In this document: piece by piece, positions 11,401 through 23,366 of the stretch
Numbering within the stretch: the first letter of the stretch is position 1
Layout of the letters: each line of letters starts with the position of its first letter
Source: Eledone cirrhosa
Lineage: Eukaryota
Assembly (NCBI GenBank): GCA_964016885.1
Contig: OZ024742.1
Location: 290,656,001 to 290,720,000 of the forward strand
Reading direction: 5' to 3'
DNA length: 64,000 nt
Position numbers and translations under genes: made by a program
Notes under the pieces: model-generated
What the model saw: the letters and a program-made list of their open reading frames with translations, nothing else
Told to the model about the DNA's origin: nothing
The model's database searches: none

Positions 11401-13730
11401 TCATCATCATCATCATCATCATCAGGTTTAGCGTCCGTGTTCCACGCTTGCATGGGTTTGGACGGGGGTTTTCCCACTTGAGGCAAGAGTGGTTGTCTTG
11501 CTCGCATAGGACTGTCTGGTGGGTTTTCTACAGTTGGATGCCCTTTCTAACACCAACCACATTTACAGTGTGGGGCTGGGAGGTTTTTACCGTGTTGCCT
11601 ACACGGCCACATTACAGCGTGGACTGTCTGGCGGGTTTTCTACAGCTGGATGCCCTTCCTAACACCAACCACATTTACAGTGTGGGGCTGGGAGGTTTTT
11701 ACCGTGTTGCCTACACGGCCACATTTACAGCGTGGACTGTGTGTTTTTTGTCGTGACACCTACATGATCTCATTTGTTTCGGCCTGGATGTTGTGGGACC
11801 AACATAACTTTACATTGAAAGGGGCGGTGTGGGTGGGGTGGAGGTGGTGGGACGGGGGTGTGTTTTGATAGAGATGCCTACTGACTGTAGTAGGTTTTTA
11901 CTTTGTATTTAGGTAAGGCGGGTCTTCTCTATTACTGAGTACCGCCAAAGGTCTCGGTCCAGTGACATTGTCTTGGAGAGGTGTAAGCGTGTGAGGTCGG
12001 AATTTATCAGCTCGTCCCATGTTTTTCTGGGTCTGCCTACTCCGTGGCTACCGTCTATCTTTATTGCCCTGCACTTTGTTATACAGCTGTCGTCTTTCAT
12101 GCGCATCACGTGACCGTACCAACGTAGCCTTCTCTCGAGTAAACAACATCTGATCCCTCTTATTTCTAATTTTTTCCTTAGTTCGTTTATGCTTTGCCGT
12201 TCACGTATATTACTATTGCACATCCAGCGGAGCATGCAAGCTTCGTTCCTCTCTAGTCTACGTATATCCTCTGCACACAATGCCCAGGTCTCACTGCCAT
12301 GCAGCATTGCTGTTCGTATGCAGGCATCGTATAACCTGCCTTTCATTTTTAGGGAGAACCCTCTAGCGGCTAATAGTGGTATAAGCTCTCTGAACTTTTT
12401 CCATCCAGTTCTGACTCTAGCTACTGTACTTTCAGAGCACCCTCCCCCACTGCTGATTTTGTCACCCAGATAACGGAAGCTGTCCACTATTTCTATAGAA
12501 CCCTCTGCGCAGTTGAAGGAGCTAGTATTTTGTGGGCACTTGCTGCTACTTATTGCACCAGAGCACCGGCCACATGTAAAATCTATGTTCTTAGTTAGCT
12601 TACCTGTGATCCCACTACATCTTTTATGCACCCATACTTTGCATTTGGGACATAAAATGGAGTTTCTACCTACGCCTTTCCTACACACTGAGCATGGCCA
12701 TTTCCCAGATGGGACCGCCGCCTTATTTTCTTTCCTACAAACTAGAACTTTAGTCTTAGCCAGGTTAATTTTAAGGCCTTTTGATTCTAGGCCGTGCTTC
12801 CATGTTTGGAATTTCTTCTCTAGTTCGGTCATTGATTCAGCTATGAGCGTTAGATCATCTGCGTATAGGAGTTCCCATGGGCAGCCGGTCTTGAACTCCT
12901 CTGTTATAGCCTGAAGGGCAATAATAAATAGTAGGGGGCTAAGAACAGAGCCCTGATGGACACCAACTTTTACGCTAAACTCTTCACTATATTCGTTGTT
13001 AATTCTAACCTTACTGACTGTTTCTTTATACATGGCTTGTATAGCTCTCACAAGCCATTCGTCGACACCTAGTTTTCTAAGAGACCACCAGATAATGGAA
13101 CGGGGGACTCTGTCGAAGGCTTTCTCCAAGTCGACGAAAGCTAAGTATAGGGGTTTACTTTTAGCTAGGTACTTCTCCTGTAGTTGTCGTACAATGAAAA
13201 GAGCGTCTGTGGTACTTTTGCCTGACACAAACCCGAACTGCATTTCATCTAGATCAATTCTCTCTCTGATTAGTTGCGCTATTACTTTTTCCGTGACCTT
13301 CATGACCTGGTCGATTAATTTAATGCCTCTATAGTTACTCCTATCTAGGGCATCTCCTTTTCCCTTATAGCAGTTAACGATGATGCTGCTACGCCAGTCC
13401 TTCGGAACAACCCCATTCTGTACGACTTGGTTAACTATCCGGGTGACCATGGTGTGTCCCACCGAACCAGATCCTTTCAGCATCTCAGCAACTATTTCCG
13501 AAGACCCAGCCGCCTTACCTGTCTTCATATCTTTGATTGCCTTACTTATTATACTACCCTGGACTAACACTGCTGGTCCCTCTATTGGATCGATCTGGGG
13601 GAGACTGTCTTTCTCCCATTTGTTCTCCTCATTTAGAAGCCTTTCGTAGTGACACTTCCAAGCTACCTTCTTATCAGCGTCGGTGATGGCAAGTATGCCA
13701 TCATCGTTAAGTACACACTTCTCCCCGACA
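11401..13730 (-). mobile_element. 5'-truncated RTE-clade LINE with intact RT ORF segment, repeated 3'UTR and (TGA)n tail
   Basis: ORF 11909..13570 contains DLEKAFD, GVHQGSVLSP, YADD and the RTE C-terminus RRLRWYGHV. Tail (TCA)n on + at 11401-11423. Confidence 0.95.
11909..13570 (-). CDS. RTE LINE reverse transcriptase (partial ORF2) with an internal Cys/His PHD-like finger
   Basis: 553-aa open frame with RT motifs; CSVC..CPKCKVWVHKRC..CGRC lies after YADD. Confidence 0.9.
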   Translation of the reverse strand: MLVQGSIISKAIKDMKTGKAAGSSEIVAEMLKGSGSVGHTMVTRIVNQVVQNGVVPKDWRSSIIVNCYKGKGDALDRSNYRGIKLIDQVMKVTEKVIAQLIRERIDLDEMQFGFVSGKSTTDALFIVRQLQEKYLAKSKPLYLAFVDLEKAFDRVPRSIIWWSLRKLGVDEWLVRAIQAMYKETVSKVRINNEYSEEFSVKVGVHQGSVLSPLLFIIALQAITEEFKTGCPWELLYADDLTLIAESMTELEKKFQTWKHGLESKGLKINLAKTKVLVCRKENKAAVPSGKWPCSVCRKGVGRNSILCPKCKVWVHKRCSGITGKLTKNIDFTCGRCSGAISSSKCPQNTSSFNCAEGSIEIVDSFRYLGDKISSGGGCSESTVARVRTGWKKFRELIPLLAARGFSLKMKGRLYDACIRTAMLHGSETWALCAEDIRRLERNEACMLRWMCNSNIRERQSINELRKKLEIRGIRCCLLERRLRWYGHVMRMKDDSCITKCRAIKIDGSHGVGRPRKTWDELINSDLTRLHLSKTMSLDRDLWRYSVIEKTRLT

Positions 13731-14289
13731 CGGATTTGTTAATTCAAATGTTTATTGGTGGACAGTGTGTTGTTAACATTTTCAGTCTTAGAGTAAAGAC
13801 TGTAATTTTTAATGTAATTTAGCCATAGTTATCTATATATATAAAACTGATGTCTGTGTGTCCTCATTTTTGCAAAGTCTATACAAATCCACATTTCTAC
13901 TCCGATTGACTTGAAACTCGCATTTATATATTCCTTGCGGTCTAAAGATATTAACAGCCGCTTTTTTTTTTTTCAATTTTCTGTTGTTAAAGGGTGTTAG
14001 GTGTCGGTTATCCATCTCCGTCGCGCTCTAATAATATCTGTCTGCATGCCTGGCTGTCTGCATAACGTCATTGCTGACTTATTATCTTCGCTACATTCAC
14101 ACACAGACATGCGCGCGCGCACATATATATATACATATATACTTATATATATATATACACATATATACATATACACACACATATATACACATATACATAT
14201 TAAGGGTGAAAGCAGCGATTCTTTGCTTAAACTTTAATCTGTTATTCTAATAAATATATATATATATACATATACAAACACATACAAAC

Positions 14290-15180
14290 TGTAGCTTACC
14301 GGCAGTGAGGAACATGACCAATGCTGCAGTGGGAGGAGTGGGTTTTGTTTTCAGCACAAAAACCAATCTATTGGTGAGGGAAATAATACCTGTCTCTCCG
14401 CAAGTGTTGAGGGTGACCTTCAATGGAAACCCAAGACTGACAGTCACCTCAGCCTATAGTTTTGGTGACAAATACAGTGAAGAAGGCAGAGGATTTGATG
14501 CAGGAGGTTGAGACTGTGACGACGAGTGTGGGGCTGAGAATGAATGAGACTAAAACAAAATATCTGGTAGAGAATGTTAAGAAGCCAGAGGGCATCACTA
14601 ATGTAGGCGGGAAGCCGCTAGAATTGGTTGAGAACTTCCTGTATTTGGGCGCAAAGATTGGGAATACAGAAGATGATGTGGTTGAGAGGAAGAGCAAGGC
14701 CTGGGCGGCGTACCACAGCTTGAGATCAGTGTGGCAGTCTGACCTTCGTAAAGACCTGAAAATCCGCCTCTTCATTCCTGTAGTGGAGTCTGTGCTGCTG
14801 TACGAGTCTGAGACTTGGACACTGACCAAGAAACTCACTCAGATGGTCGATGGGTGCTACACAAGAATGCTGAGGATGGCTCTGAACATTAATCAGTATA
14901 CACTGAGGATGAAAAACTCAGAGCTGTATGGGAGCCTCCCAAAAGTCAGCTCAAAAGTGACACAAAGGAGACTGAGGTTAGCTGGACATGCTCACCAGCA
15001 TCCAGAGTTGACATTGCACTCAGTTGTCCTGTGGGAGCCCCTACATGGACACACTGGAAGAGGAAGACCAAGGTTGACGTATGTTGATGCCCTAAGGACA
15101 GACTGGTCTGTTGGAGATGCAGGACATGGCAGCGATAATGAGGGACAGAGACCGCTGGAGAGAACTTGTCCATGGATCTC
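14290..15180 (+). mobile_element. Internally deleted RTE-like LINE fragment (different family)
   Basis: Endonuclease-like piece (GGVGF...RVTFNGNPRLTV) is fused to an ORF2 C-terminus (F.YLG, VLLYESETWTL, RRLRLAGH; ORF 14462..15220). Confidence 0.8.
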
Positions 15181-15624
15181 AGGAATACTCATTTTTTTCC
15201 ATTTCCCCGAGGGTTCTTAACCCCACTATCAGGCTAAATAATTTCTTTAATTTCTTTATTCAAACTACAGCGATAACTTACATTTATAATTTCAAACTGG
15301 CTCGCTGTTTCGAAAATATTCTTACTTGATATATATACAGATACATTGTAGGTTGCTTTAACCCGTCTTTTATTATTCAAAAAACTTCTTGCCAATAAAC
15401 ATTAACCCTTTGTGCGCCACTCATCTAACTGTAGACCAACACATACAAATAAACAGAGCGTTGACAAGAACGATAGCGAATGAATGTTCGAGATAAGCAG
15501 TTTCCTCCCGAGCTGTTAGTTCACGCGGGATTCTCTGCTACACCTTTTCGTAATAATACCGAACAACATACTGCTGGTCACTCCTTCCTCCAAAAGCGTA
15601 CAAAGCATCTCTCTCACTCTCTCT

Positions 15625-15658
<34 letters not shown>

Positions 15659-15700
15659 CTTCAAAATATTAATAAATATAGACATGCATGTGATCAAATA

Positions 15701-15766
15701 TATTTTATTATACATATTTCAGAGGTACTGAGCTATATCATCAGTACGTCCTCATCAGATAAAATA
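15701..15766 (-). ncRNA. Minimal type I hammerhead ribozyme, intact core
   Basis: The - strand reads TATTTTAT-CTGATGA-GGACGTACTGA(loop)TCAGTACCTCT-GAAA-TATGTA-TA-ATAAAATA. This gives an 8-bp stem I, a stem II, a palindromic short stem III and an AUA cleavage triplet. Confidence 0.8.
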
Positions 15767-15840
15767 AATTGATGTCTGACACACCTCAACTGTGCTGATG
15801 GTTCAATTCCAGTCTTGGCAGTATTTGGCAGACAGCAATT

Positions 15841-15906
15841 TATTTTATTTGATGAGGACGTACTGATGATATAGCTCAGTACCTCTGAAATATGTATAAT
15901 AAAATA
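15841..15906 (+). ncRNA. Minimal type I hammerhead ribozyme, core mutated (TTGATGA instead of CTGATGA)
   Basis: Same fold as the 15701-15766 copy but with C3->U at 15849. Confidence 0.7.
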
Positions 15907-17218
15907 TATTTGATCATATGAATATCTATATTTATTAATATTTTGAAGTAATATTAATAACTCCAGAAAACCTTTTTTGTTGAGTGCTTCTAATCTATTG
16001 TAAAACTTTATTCATTGATTAATCAATGAACCTTATTAAACTTTTGGTTTTATATATATATATGTTATAAGAACAGATTAAAGTTTAAGCAAAGAATCAC
16101 TGCTTTCAACATTAACGGGATCTTCTGAAGCTGAAAAATTTAATCTGTGAACGCAGAAGTAAATATTTCGAGAAACGTTGCAACTGAAGGAAAACAGGAA
16201 GACGATATTTTGGTTCGTGAAGACGTTCCCTGACAATAAATGGAAAAAAAGCGAGGATAATACGTCGTTATGTGGACTGAGAAGAACAATTTCATGCAAA
16301 GACAAGACCAAGTTTATGGCATAAATGGAGTCGTTAGACTAATATTCTATTTAAAATAACCGAATGATTTCCAGCCCCGGAGTTTAAGAATTATGTAAAT
16401 AAAATTGAAAACGAAAATGACAGAGGTTATTAAAATAGTAAAAGTAAATAGGGAAGATTTAGGCCAGTACATATGTATGCGCCGACGGACACACACATAC
16501 ATATACATACACACACACACGCACGAACGCACGTGTGTGTGTAAGACTTATGCATTTCTACAGTATTTTCACCAAACTTAAGACATAAATTACTTATGTA
16601 CTCCGGATGGTCATGGGCACTTTCATTTTTCCAGATATTGATTATAGGGCTTCCCGGCAGATAACCCCCTTCAACCGCTTCCTTGGAGTTGACTGAAGCA
16701 CTGCAGTGCAATGTAACAAAACGTCATAACTTCTGGAGTTCGCAACCGATTTTCACAAAACTTGACACATGGGCTACGTTTGTTCTACAGATGAATGTGA
16801 TTTGGCACATATCGAGTAGGGGACCCCTGGGGGCAGGAACCCCCTTTGGGAAAAAGCCGATGATTTTGTAAAAGTATAGTTTTCGAATCAGCACTGAAGT
16901 ATTGACATAAATGGTATACATAACTGCTATTTAATACCCGAGCAACGCCGGGTACCTCTGCTAGTATTTTATACATTTGAAGAATGCCTTGCAAATGTGG
17001 TTTTATGCAGTACATGATGTTAAGAGTTAATGTGATGCAGTCATACTGTTCTGTTATACTTTTCAAGAACATGTTGCCAATGCAGTTTCCTGAACTGTAC
17101 GACATGCAAAGTTAATTTGAAAATAAAATTTAGCCCTTTGTGCTCCATTATTCTATTTGCAAACATCTAAAATCAAAATGGAAGTAAACATGATTCTATT
17201 TATTATTTCTTCTAACAG

Positions 17219-17306
17219 AAATTTGACGAGTATTTTATATGTCACGTGATGGATACAAGTGGAGCTATTTCAAACACGGAAGAAAGGAATGCATTTATAT
17301 CAGAGG
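17219..17306 (+). CDS. Host exon, end of macrodomain A plus linker: KFDEYFICHVMDTSGAISNTEERNAFISEG
   Basis: TCTAACAG acceptor, GTAAAG donor, 88 bp, phase 0->1. Joins 11204 and 23242 in frame. Paralogous to 36423-36471 (F.EYF). Confidence 0.75.
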
Positions 17307-17399
17307 GTAAAGTATTTGTTACTTAATTCTGAATATTATTATTAAGAAGACTTTAAAGAGTTGTCAAGGGCACAACAGCCACTCTAGTGTTGGTGATAT

Positions 17400-17908
17400 C
17401 ACTTTACAGAATGGATTGCGTGCATTTTATCATGGCAGTTGCACAAAGTGATCATTGCATTACAATGCCTGTGTGTGAAGTGCAATACTGCGTAGTAGTG
17501 AAACATGGACTGTGACTGCAGAGGGCATATGTCGACTGGAGAGAAATTAAACAAACATGCTCCGTTGGATATGCAGTGTAAGTGCAAGAGAGAGGCAGAG
17601 CTAGGTTTAAGAGAAATGTGAGGTAGTGTGCAGGAGAGAAGACTGCATTGGTTTGGATATGTGATGAGCATGGACAATGATCATTGGGTGAAGAAGTGCT
17701 AGGAAATGCCTGTGGGAGGAAATAATGGTAGAGATAGACCAAGAAAGACCTGGACAGAGGTTGTGAAAGCTGACTTCAAATCACTGAGATTTACAGAGGT
17801 GATGATAAAGGATTGCATTGTGTCGAGATGCCATATTGAGGAGAAACCATCCAACCCATACAAGCGTGGAAAAGCGGATGTAAAATTAATGATTATTATG
17901 ATGATGAT
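17400..17908 (+). mobile_element. Degenerate RTE 3' fragment
   Basis: RRLHWFGYV and GRDRPRKTW remnants, (TGA)n tail. Confidence 0.75.
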
Positions 17909-18010
17909 AATATATATAGTTAGAAATAGAAGCTTTCATCGCATTTTAACCAAAGAAAATTATACTTACTACAAATATATAGTTTATAATTTGAATGGAA
18001 AGGGATGGGT

Positions 18011-18081
18011 GATGTATTAGTGTAATGGCAGCACATTGGTTTGGATAACCAAAGATGTAGGTTCAACTCCCGTATATGTCA
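18011..18081 (+). ncRNA. tRNA-like cloverleaf (probable SINE head or tRNA pseudogene) inside a 45-bp inverted repeat (17918-17962 / 18129-18173)
   Basis: Acceptor GATGTAT/ATATGTC, D stem GTGT/GCAC, anticodon stem TTGGT/ACCAA with 7-nt loop TTGGATA, T loop TTCAACT with an imperfect T stem. Confidence 0.6.
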
Positions 18082-18261
18082 ATACTCATTTTTTCCCATT
18101 TAGAGGGTTTTAAACTCCACTATCAGACTAATTTTCTTTAGTCAAAATGCAGTGAAAGCTTCTATTTCTAACTCAATTTCAAACTTCACTCGACGTCTTC
18201 AAAACAACTTGCTTGCTTTCATATATATATATATATATATATACACACAAACACACTATAA

Positions 18262-19330
18262 CTGGCATTAATTGTTGTAAGGGAAAAGGTGATGCTCAAG
18301 ATAGGAACAATAATGGAGGCATAAAACTGATGTATCAAGTTAGGAATGTGACAGGAAGTATTGGCACAACCAATTAGGGAAAGAGTCAAATTTGATGTGA
18401 TGCATTTTAGTTTTGTGCCAAGAAGGAGTACTACAGATGCTATCTTAGTGAGACAACTGCAAAAGAAGCTACATGTAAGCTGCTATCTTTTGTAGATCTG
18501 AAAAATGCCTTTGATTGAGTAACACAGTTTGTTATCTGGTGATGTTTAAGGAAACTGGGAGTAGATGAGTGGCTTGTAAAAGCAGTCCAAGCCATATACA
18601 GAGGTGCTGTCAGTAAAGTGGAAGTGGTTAATTCAATGTACAGTTGGGTCTTCATCAAAGCTCATTCCTCTGCCTCCTCCTGTTTGTTATAGTTCTCCAG
18701 GCTGTAACAGAGGAGTTTCAGACTGGCTGTCTATGGCAACTTCTATATGCATATGATTTAGTTCTTATTGCTGAATCATAAGAAGAGCCTGAAAAGAAAT
18801 TCCTGCTGGAGAAACAGAATTTAGAATGAAAAGGGTCTAGATTAAATATAGCAAAGACCAGTCTTAGTAAATAAGAAAGAAGACAAAACTCTGATTCTAT
18901 GAAGGAAGTGCCTGTGCTTGATGTGTAGAAAAAGAGTAGGTAGGAACTCCGCATGATGTACACAATGTAAAACATGGATACAGTGGGATACCTGACAGGT
19001 GTAGTTTGTAGTTAGTGCAACATTGAAATAAACTTTTTCCTATCTTGGGATGATTCAACAGAGGTACTGGGTAGCTTCTGTTACTTAGGTAACTTAATTA
19101 GTTGTGAAACATAGTGTCTGGAATAAGAACAGGTTGGAAAAAATTTTAGGGGTAAAGGGTTGATTATATGATAGCTGCATGAGAAATGTGATGTTGCTTG
19201 GCAGAGAGATATGGGCAATGAATGCAGAGGATATTTGGAGGCTGGAGAGAAATTAAGTGAGGATGCTCTGTTCGGTCTGTATTGTTAATGTGCTTGAACA
19301 ACAAAGCATAGATGAGCTGAGAATTAGATA
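18262..19330 (+). mobile_element. Old, heavily degenerate RTE RT fragment
   Basis: Recognisable homology to the 11909..13570 RT (GKGDA, DLKNAFD, KLGVDEWLV) with many stops. Confidence 0.8.
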
Positions 19331-19379
19331 TAGTACTATTTTACATGTTTTTAATAATATGCCTCAATCTGTTGGACCC

Positions 19380-22127
19380 TTTCTAAAAACTAACCTTCTC
19401 CTAAAGTTACCCATTTCCCCCTCCCAATACCACCATTGCTATTTGGTACAATCATAACTCAGCGGTTTATAGTAAGTTCTCTTACCAATCTCTATAGCAA
19501 AACCACCACCTCGGTTATTACTCCTTATGTTTAGACCTGGTTGCCTTTCGGTTTGCTAAATGGACTGCAGAATTTGGAGAGTCTGAACACTCAATGACAA
19601 TGTCACAGATAAAGATAAATTCACCTCCCACTGCCAGACGAGAATGCAAGGACTCCTCTTTATTTCAGACATGGATGACCAACATAATTCTGTCTCCCAC
19701 AGCCCTCCCTGCGCTCCCAACCCATCCATTCCACCCACCCAACGAAATCCAAAACTTCAGAGTTGGTACCATGAACGTAGGCACATTGAAAGATCACTGA
19801 AATGAGGTTGTAGAGATGCTTGAACGTAAGGAAGTTGATGTTTGTTGTGTTCAAGAGACTAGGTGGAAGGGTGGGTCTGCTAGATTCATTGTGGGTATAA
19901 AACGAAGCTATAAACTTTTCTGGGTGGGAAATGATAATGAGCTGGGGGAAGTAGGAATTATGTTAGCTGAAAATGTGTAGATAAAGTAATTGCCGTAAAA
20001 TAGAGTGAATGACAGAATAATTAAAATAAAACTAGTCCTAAATAGAACTACTGTGACAATAATATCCGCTTGTGCACCCCAATCTGGCCTACTTGACGTT
20101 ATAAAAGACAGGTTCTATGAGTCGCTAATGCTCACTACCTCCCAAATAACCGACACTGACTACTTAATTATTGCTGGTAACCTTAATGGATTATATCCTT
20201 ACTAGAAGACGTGACAGAGTGTCTGTTGTAAACACTAAGTCCCTCCTCCATGAAGAATGCGCCTCCCAACATACCCTAGTAGTTAGTGACCTCATAGTCA
20301 GGACTAGACGCACTCAACGACAGAGGAGGACTACCTTGAGGAGAAGAATATGGAAGTTAAAGGACCCCACAACCAGTGACAAATTTAAAAGCTTATTACT
20401 TGATGCTTTTTGAAAGTAAGGAAGAGCAATTAGAGATGTACAATATAGAGGAACAGTGGGTATTCCTGAAAGTTTACCTGCTTGAAGGCAACAGATGAAA
20501 TCTGTGGCTGGAGCAGACCTATAGGCAGGAGGAGAGTAACTTGGTGGTGGAACAGTAAGATGGAGGAGACAATCAAGGCCAAAAAGCAGGCTTCGAAAGT
20601 ATGGTGGGATGGGGCAAATAGAGAACACTATCAAGTGGCCAGGAGAGAAGTTATGGGACAAGTGTACCTAGCAAAAAGGGAAGCAGAGGATAGAAAGTTC
20701 AAGCATGTTCTACAACGTGAGGTGTTCAGGATTGTGAGACAATGTGTCAAAGAAAATTGTGATATTGTCGGGAGAAGTGTGTCCGTAATGATGATGGTGT
20801 ACTTGCCCTCACTTACACTGATAAGAAGATAGCTTGGCAGTGTCACTACGAGAGACTACTAAGTGAGGACAATAAATAGGAAAAAGATCTAATAGAGGGA
20901 CCAGCAGTGCAAGTTAGTGGTTGTATAATAAGTAAGGCAATCAAAGATATGAAGACGGGGAAGGCGGCTGGGCCTTTGGAGATAGTTGCTGAGATGTTGA
21001 AAGCATCTGGAATGATGGGACATACTATGGTCACCCGGATAGTAAACCAAGTAATACAGAATGGGGTCATACCAAAGGACTGGCATAGCAGCAGCATCAT
21101 TAACTGCTACAAGGCTAAAGGAGATGCTCTAGATAGGGGAAACTTTAGAGGCATTAAGTTAGTTGACCAGGTCTTGAAGATCACATTAAAGAGTTATAGC
21201 ACAACTAATCAGAGATCGAATTGATCTAGATGAAATGCAGTTTGGGTTTGTGTCAAGTAAAAGTACCACAGATGCTCTTTTCCTTGTACGACAACTACAG
21301 AAGTACCTAGCTAAAAGTAATAACCTCTACTTAGCTTTTGTTGACTTGGAGAAAGCCTTTGACAGATTCCCACGCTCTATTATCTGGTGGGCCCTTAGAA
21401 CACTAGGAGTAGATCAATGCCTTGTGAGAGCTATACAAGCCATGTATAAAGATACAGTCAGCAAGATTAGAATTTACAATGCTTATAGCGAAGAATTTAG
21501 CGTAAATGTTGGTGTTCATCAAGGCTCTATCCTTATCCCGCTCCTGTTTATTATTGCCCTTCAGGCTATAACAGAGGAGTTTAAGACCGGCGGCCCAATG
21601 GAACTTCTATACGCAGATGATCTAACTCTCATAGCTGAATCTATGGCTGAACTAGAGAAGAAATTCCAAACATGGAAGATTGGCCTAGAATCAAAAGGCC
21701 TTAAAGTTAACTTGTCTAAGACTAAAGTTCTAGTATATAGAAATGAAAATGGGAAATGGCCATGCTCAGTGTGTAGGAAAGGAGTAGGTAGAAATTCCAT
21801 TCTATGCCCCAATTCAAACAATATGTACATAAAAGATGTAGTGGGATCTCAGGCAAGCTATCTAAGAACGTAGATATTATATGTGGCCGATGCTCAGGTG
21901 CAATAAGTAGCAAATGCCCACTGGATACTAGTTTCTTCAACTGCCCAGATGGTTTTATAGAAATAGTTGATACTTTCTGTTACCTGGGTGACAAAATCAG
22001 CAGTGGTGGAGGGTGCTCTGAAAGTACAGTAGCCAAAGTTAGAACGGGATGGACAAATTTCAGAGAGCTTATACCGCTGTTGGCCACAAAATGTTTCTCT
22101 CTGAAAATGAAAAGCAGATTGTTTGGC
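19380..22127 (+). mobile_element. RTE LINE with 5' end, APE endonuclease and RT; frameshifted and 3'-truncated
   Basis: NFRVGTMNVGTL and CVQETRW (APE); ORFs 20907..21224, 21235..21873 (YADD) and 21804..22130. The 5' end is homologous to 45300-45480. Confidence 0.9.
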
Positions 22128-22844
22128 TGAGTCTTCAACAACTTTGTGATGTGTATATATGAAAATAACGCTAAAAGTTCGACCAGCCTGACCTCTTTTG
22201 AGAAAGGCCATGTGACAACACAGGCAGACTTACTATAATTAAATGCCTATGTTAACAGACCAAGCCTTGGATACAAGAGAACAAAACCTGCAGAAGACGG
22301 GAACTCCAGTTCCATCATGGAAATGCACTCTTGAATTGCATATGCATTATGCAACTAATGGTGTAATTACCAGGTGCCCAGAAACCTATCAAAGATTTTA
22401 ATTTCTATTGATTCTAATTCACTTGAGATGGTTCAGGTTAGTCTTCAACCTATTTGTATTTATTACTGAGGTATAAGTATGGTCACTGCCTTCAGTCGTT
22501 TTTCTTGGTGTCACACTTTATTAATTGTTGTGTTTACTCTGGAGGATAATGTTTAACTTCTCGCTCCATTGAGTGCTTTGTGATTGCCTCAAACAACTCG
22601 ATTAGTACCTACAACATTGTGGCAAACAACTTTGTTAACTTGGATAGGTTTCAGCCAATATTAGCTCAGGCAATGTCTAACTTAATATCATCATCAGCTG
22701 AAGCCTTTTAAATCATGCTTCATATATCAGTCTTATATTCGACACCATGGCTCATTCAAGTAAGGACTTGATGGTAGAACCATATCCATATGTAGATAGT
22801 ACATCTGAAATTTTGGGGAGGAATTTGTCCAGAAGGAATATGCG

Positions 22845-22918
<74 letters not shown>
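22845..22918. repeat. (TA)n microsatellite
   Basis: Directly visible. Confidence 0.95.
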
Positions 22919-22919
<1 letters not shown>

Positions 22920-23241
22920 CAAGGCTGTCATGTTCTGATGTTAGATTGATTGGGGGCTGTTTGGCTTTGATCAATGGTTGCTTAATACAATCTACTTAAT
23001 AGCATGTACTGGGAGTATTCTACTGTGGCACCAACATTGCCACTGTCTGTCTCTCTCCATTTATCCATCCATCTATCCTTCGATCTGTCAGTCCACCCAC
23101 CAGTTAGCTGAAAGAAAGATAAGTAGATAGACCGCTAGCTAGACTATGGACATACATGCATGCACACACACATACATACATAATACTATTCTGCCATGTC
23201 AATACCAGCCTTGAAAATAGTATTTTTGTATTCATTTTCAG

Positions 23242-23366
23242 GAGGGACTCCATCAAAGACAACTGTTCCTGATTCACAACAAAAACATTTGTCTCCTAGC
23301 ACCAATCTGGAATATTCAAAAAATATTGATATTAAAGTAATGCTTGATTCAATTTCGAATGTCTCT
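23242..23366 (+). CDS. Host exon, linker plus macrodomain N-terminus (repeat B): GGTPSKTTVPDSQQKHLSPSTNLEYSKNIDIKVMLDSISNVS
   Basis: TTTTCAG acceptor, GTGAGT donor, 125 bp, phase 1->0. Joins VDVIVNST at the position of the usual GDIT...DVIVN. Confidence 0.85.

Larger units (their letters stand above)
15653..15954. repeat. Long inverted repeat (~128-bp arms, ~46-bp spacer), Penelope-like pseudo-LTR palindrome next to (TA)n
   Basis: 15653-15780 is the near-perfect reverse complement of 15827-15954; each arm holds a hammerhead motif. Confidence 0.9.
13832..16964 (+). mobile_element. Non-autonomous Helitron with nested or captured repeats
   Basis: 5' A|TCTATATATATAAAA. 3' hairpin TACCCGAGCAACGCCGGGTA then CTAG|T at 16961-16965, i.e. 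an A|T insertion with no TSD. Pairing these two ends into one element is inferred. Confidence 0.7.

Noticed and set aside
22130-22840. Possible additional decayed retroelement after the RTE
   Set aside because: No motif I could assign with confidence.
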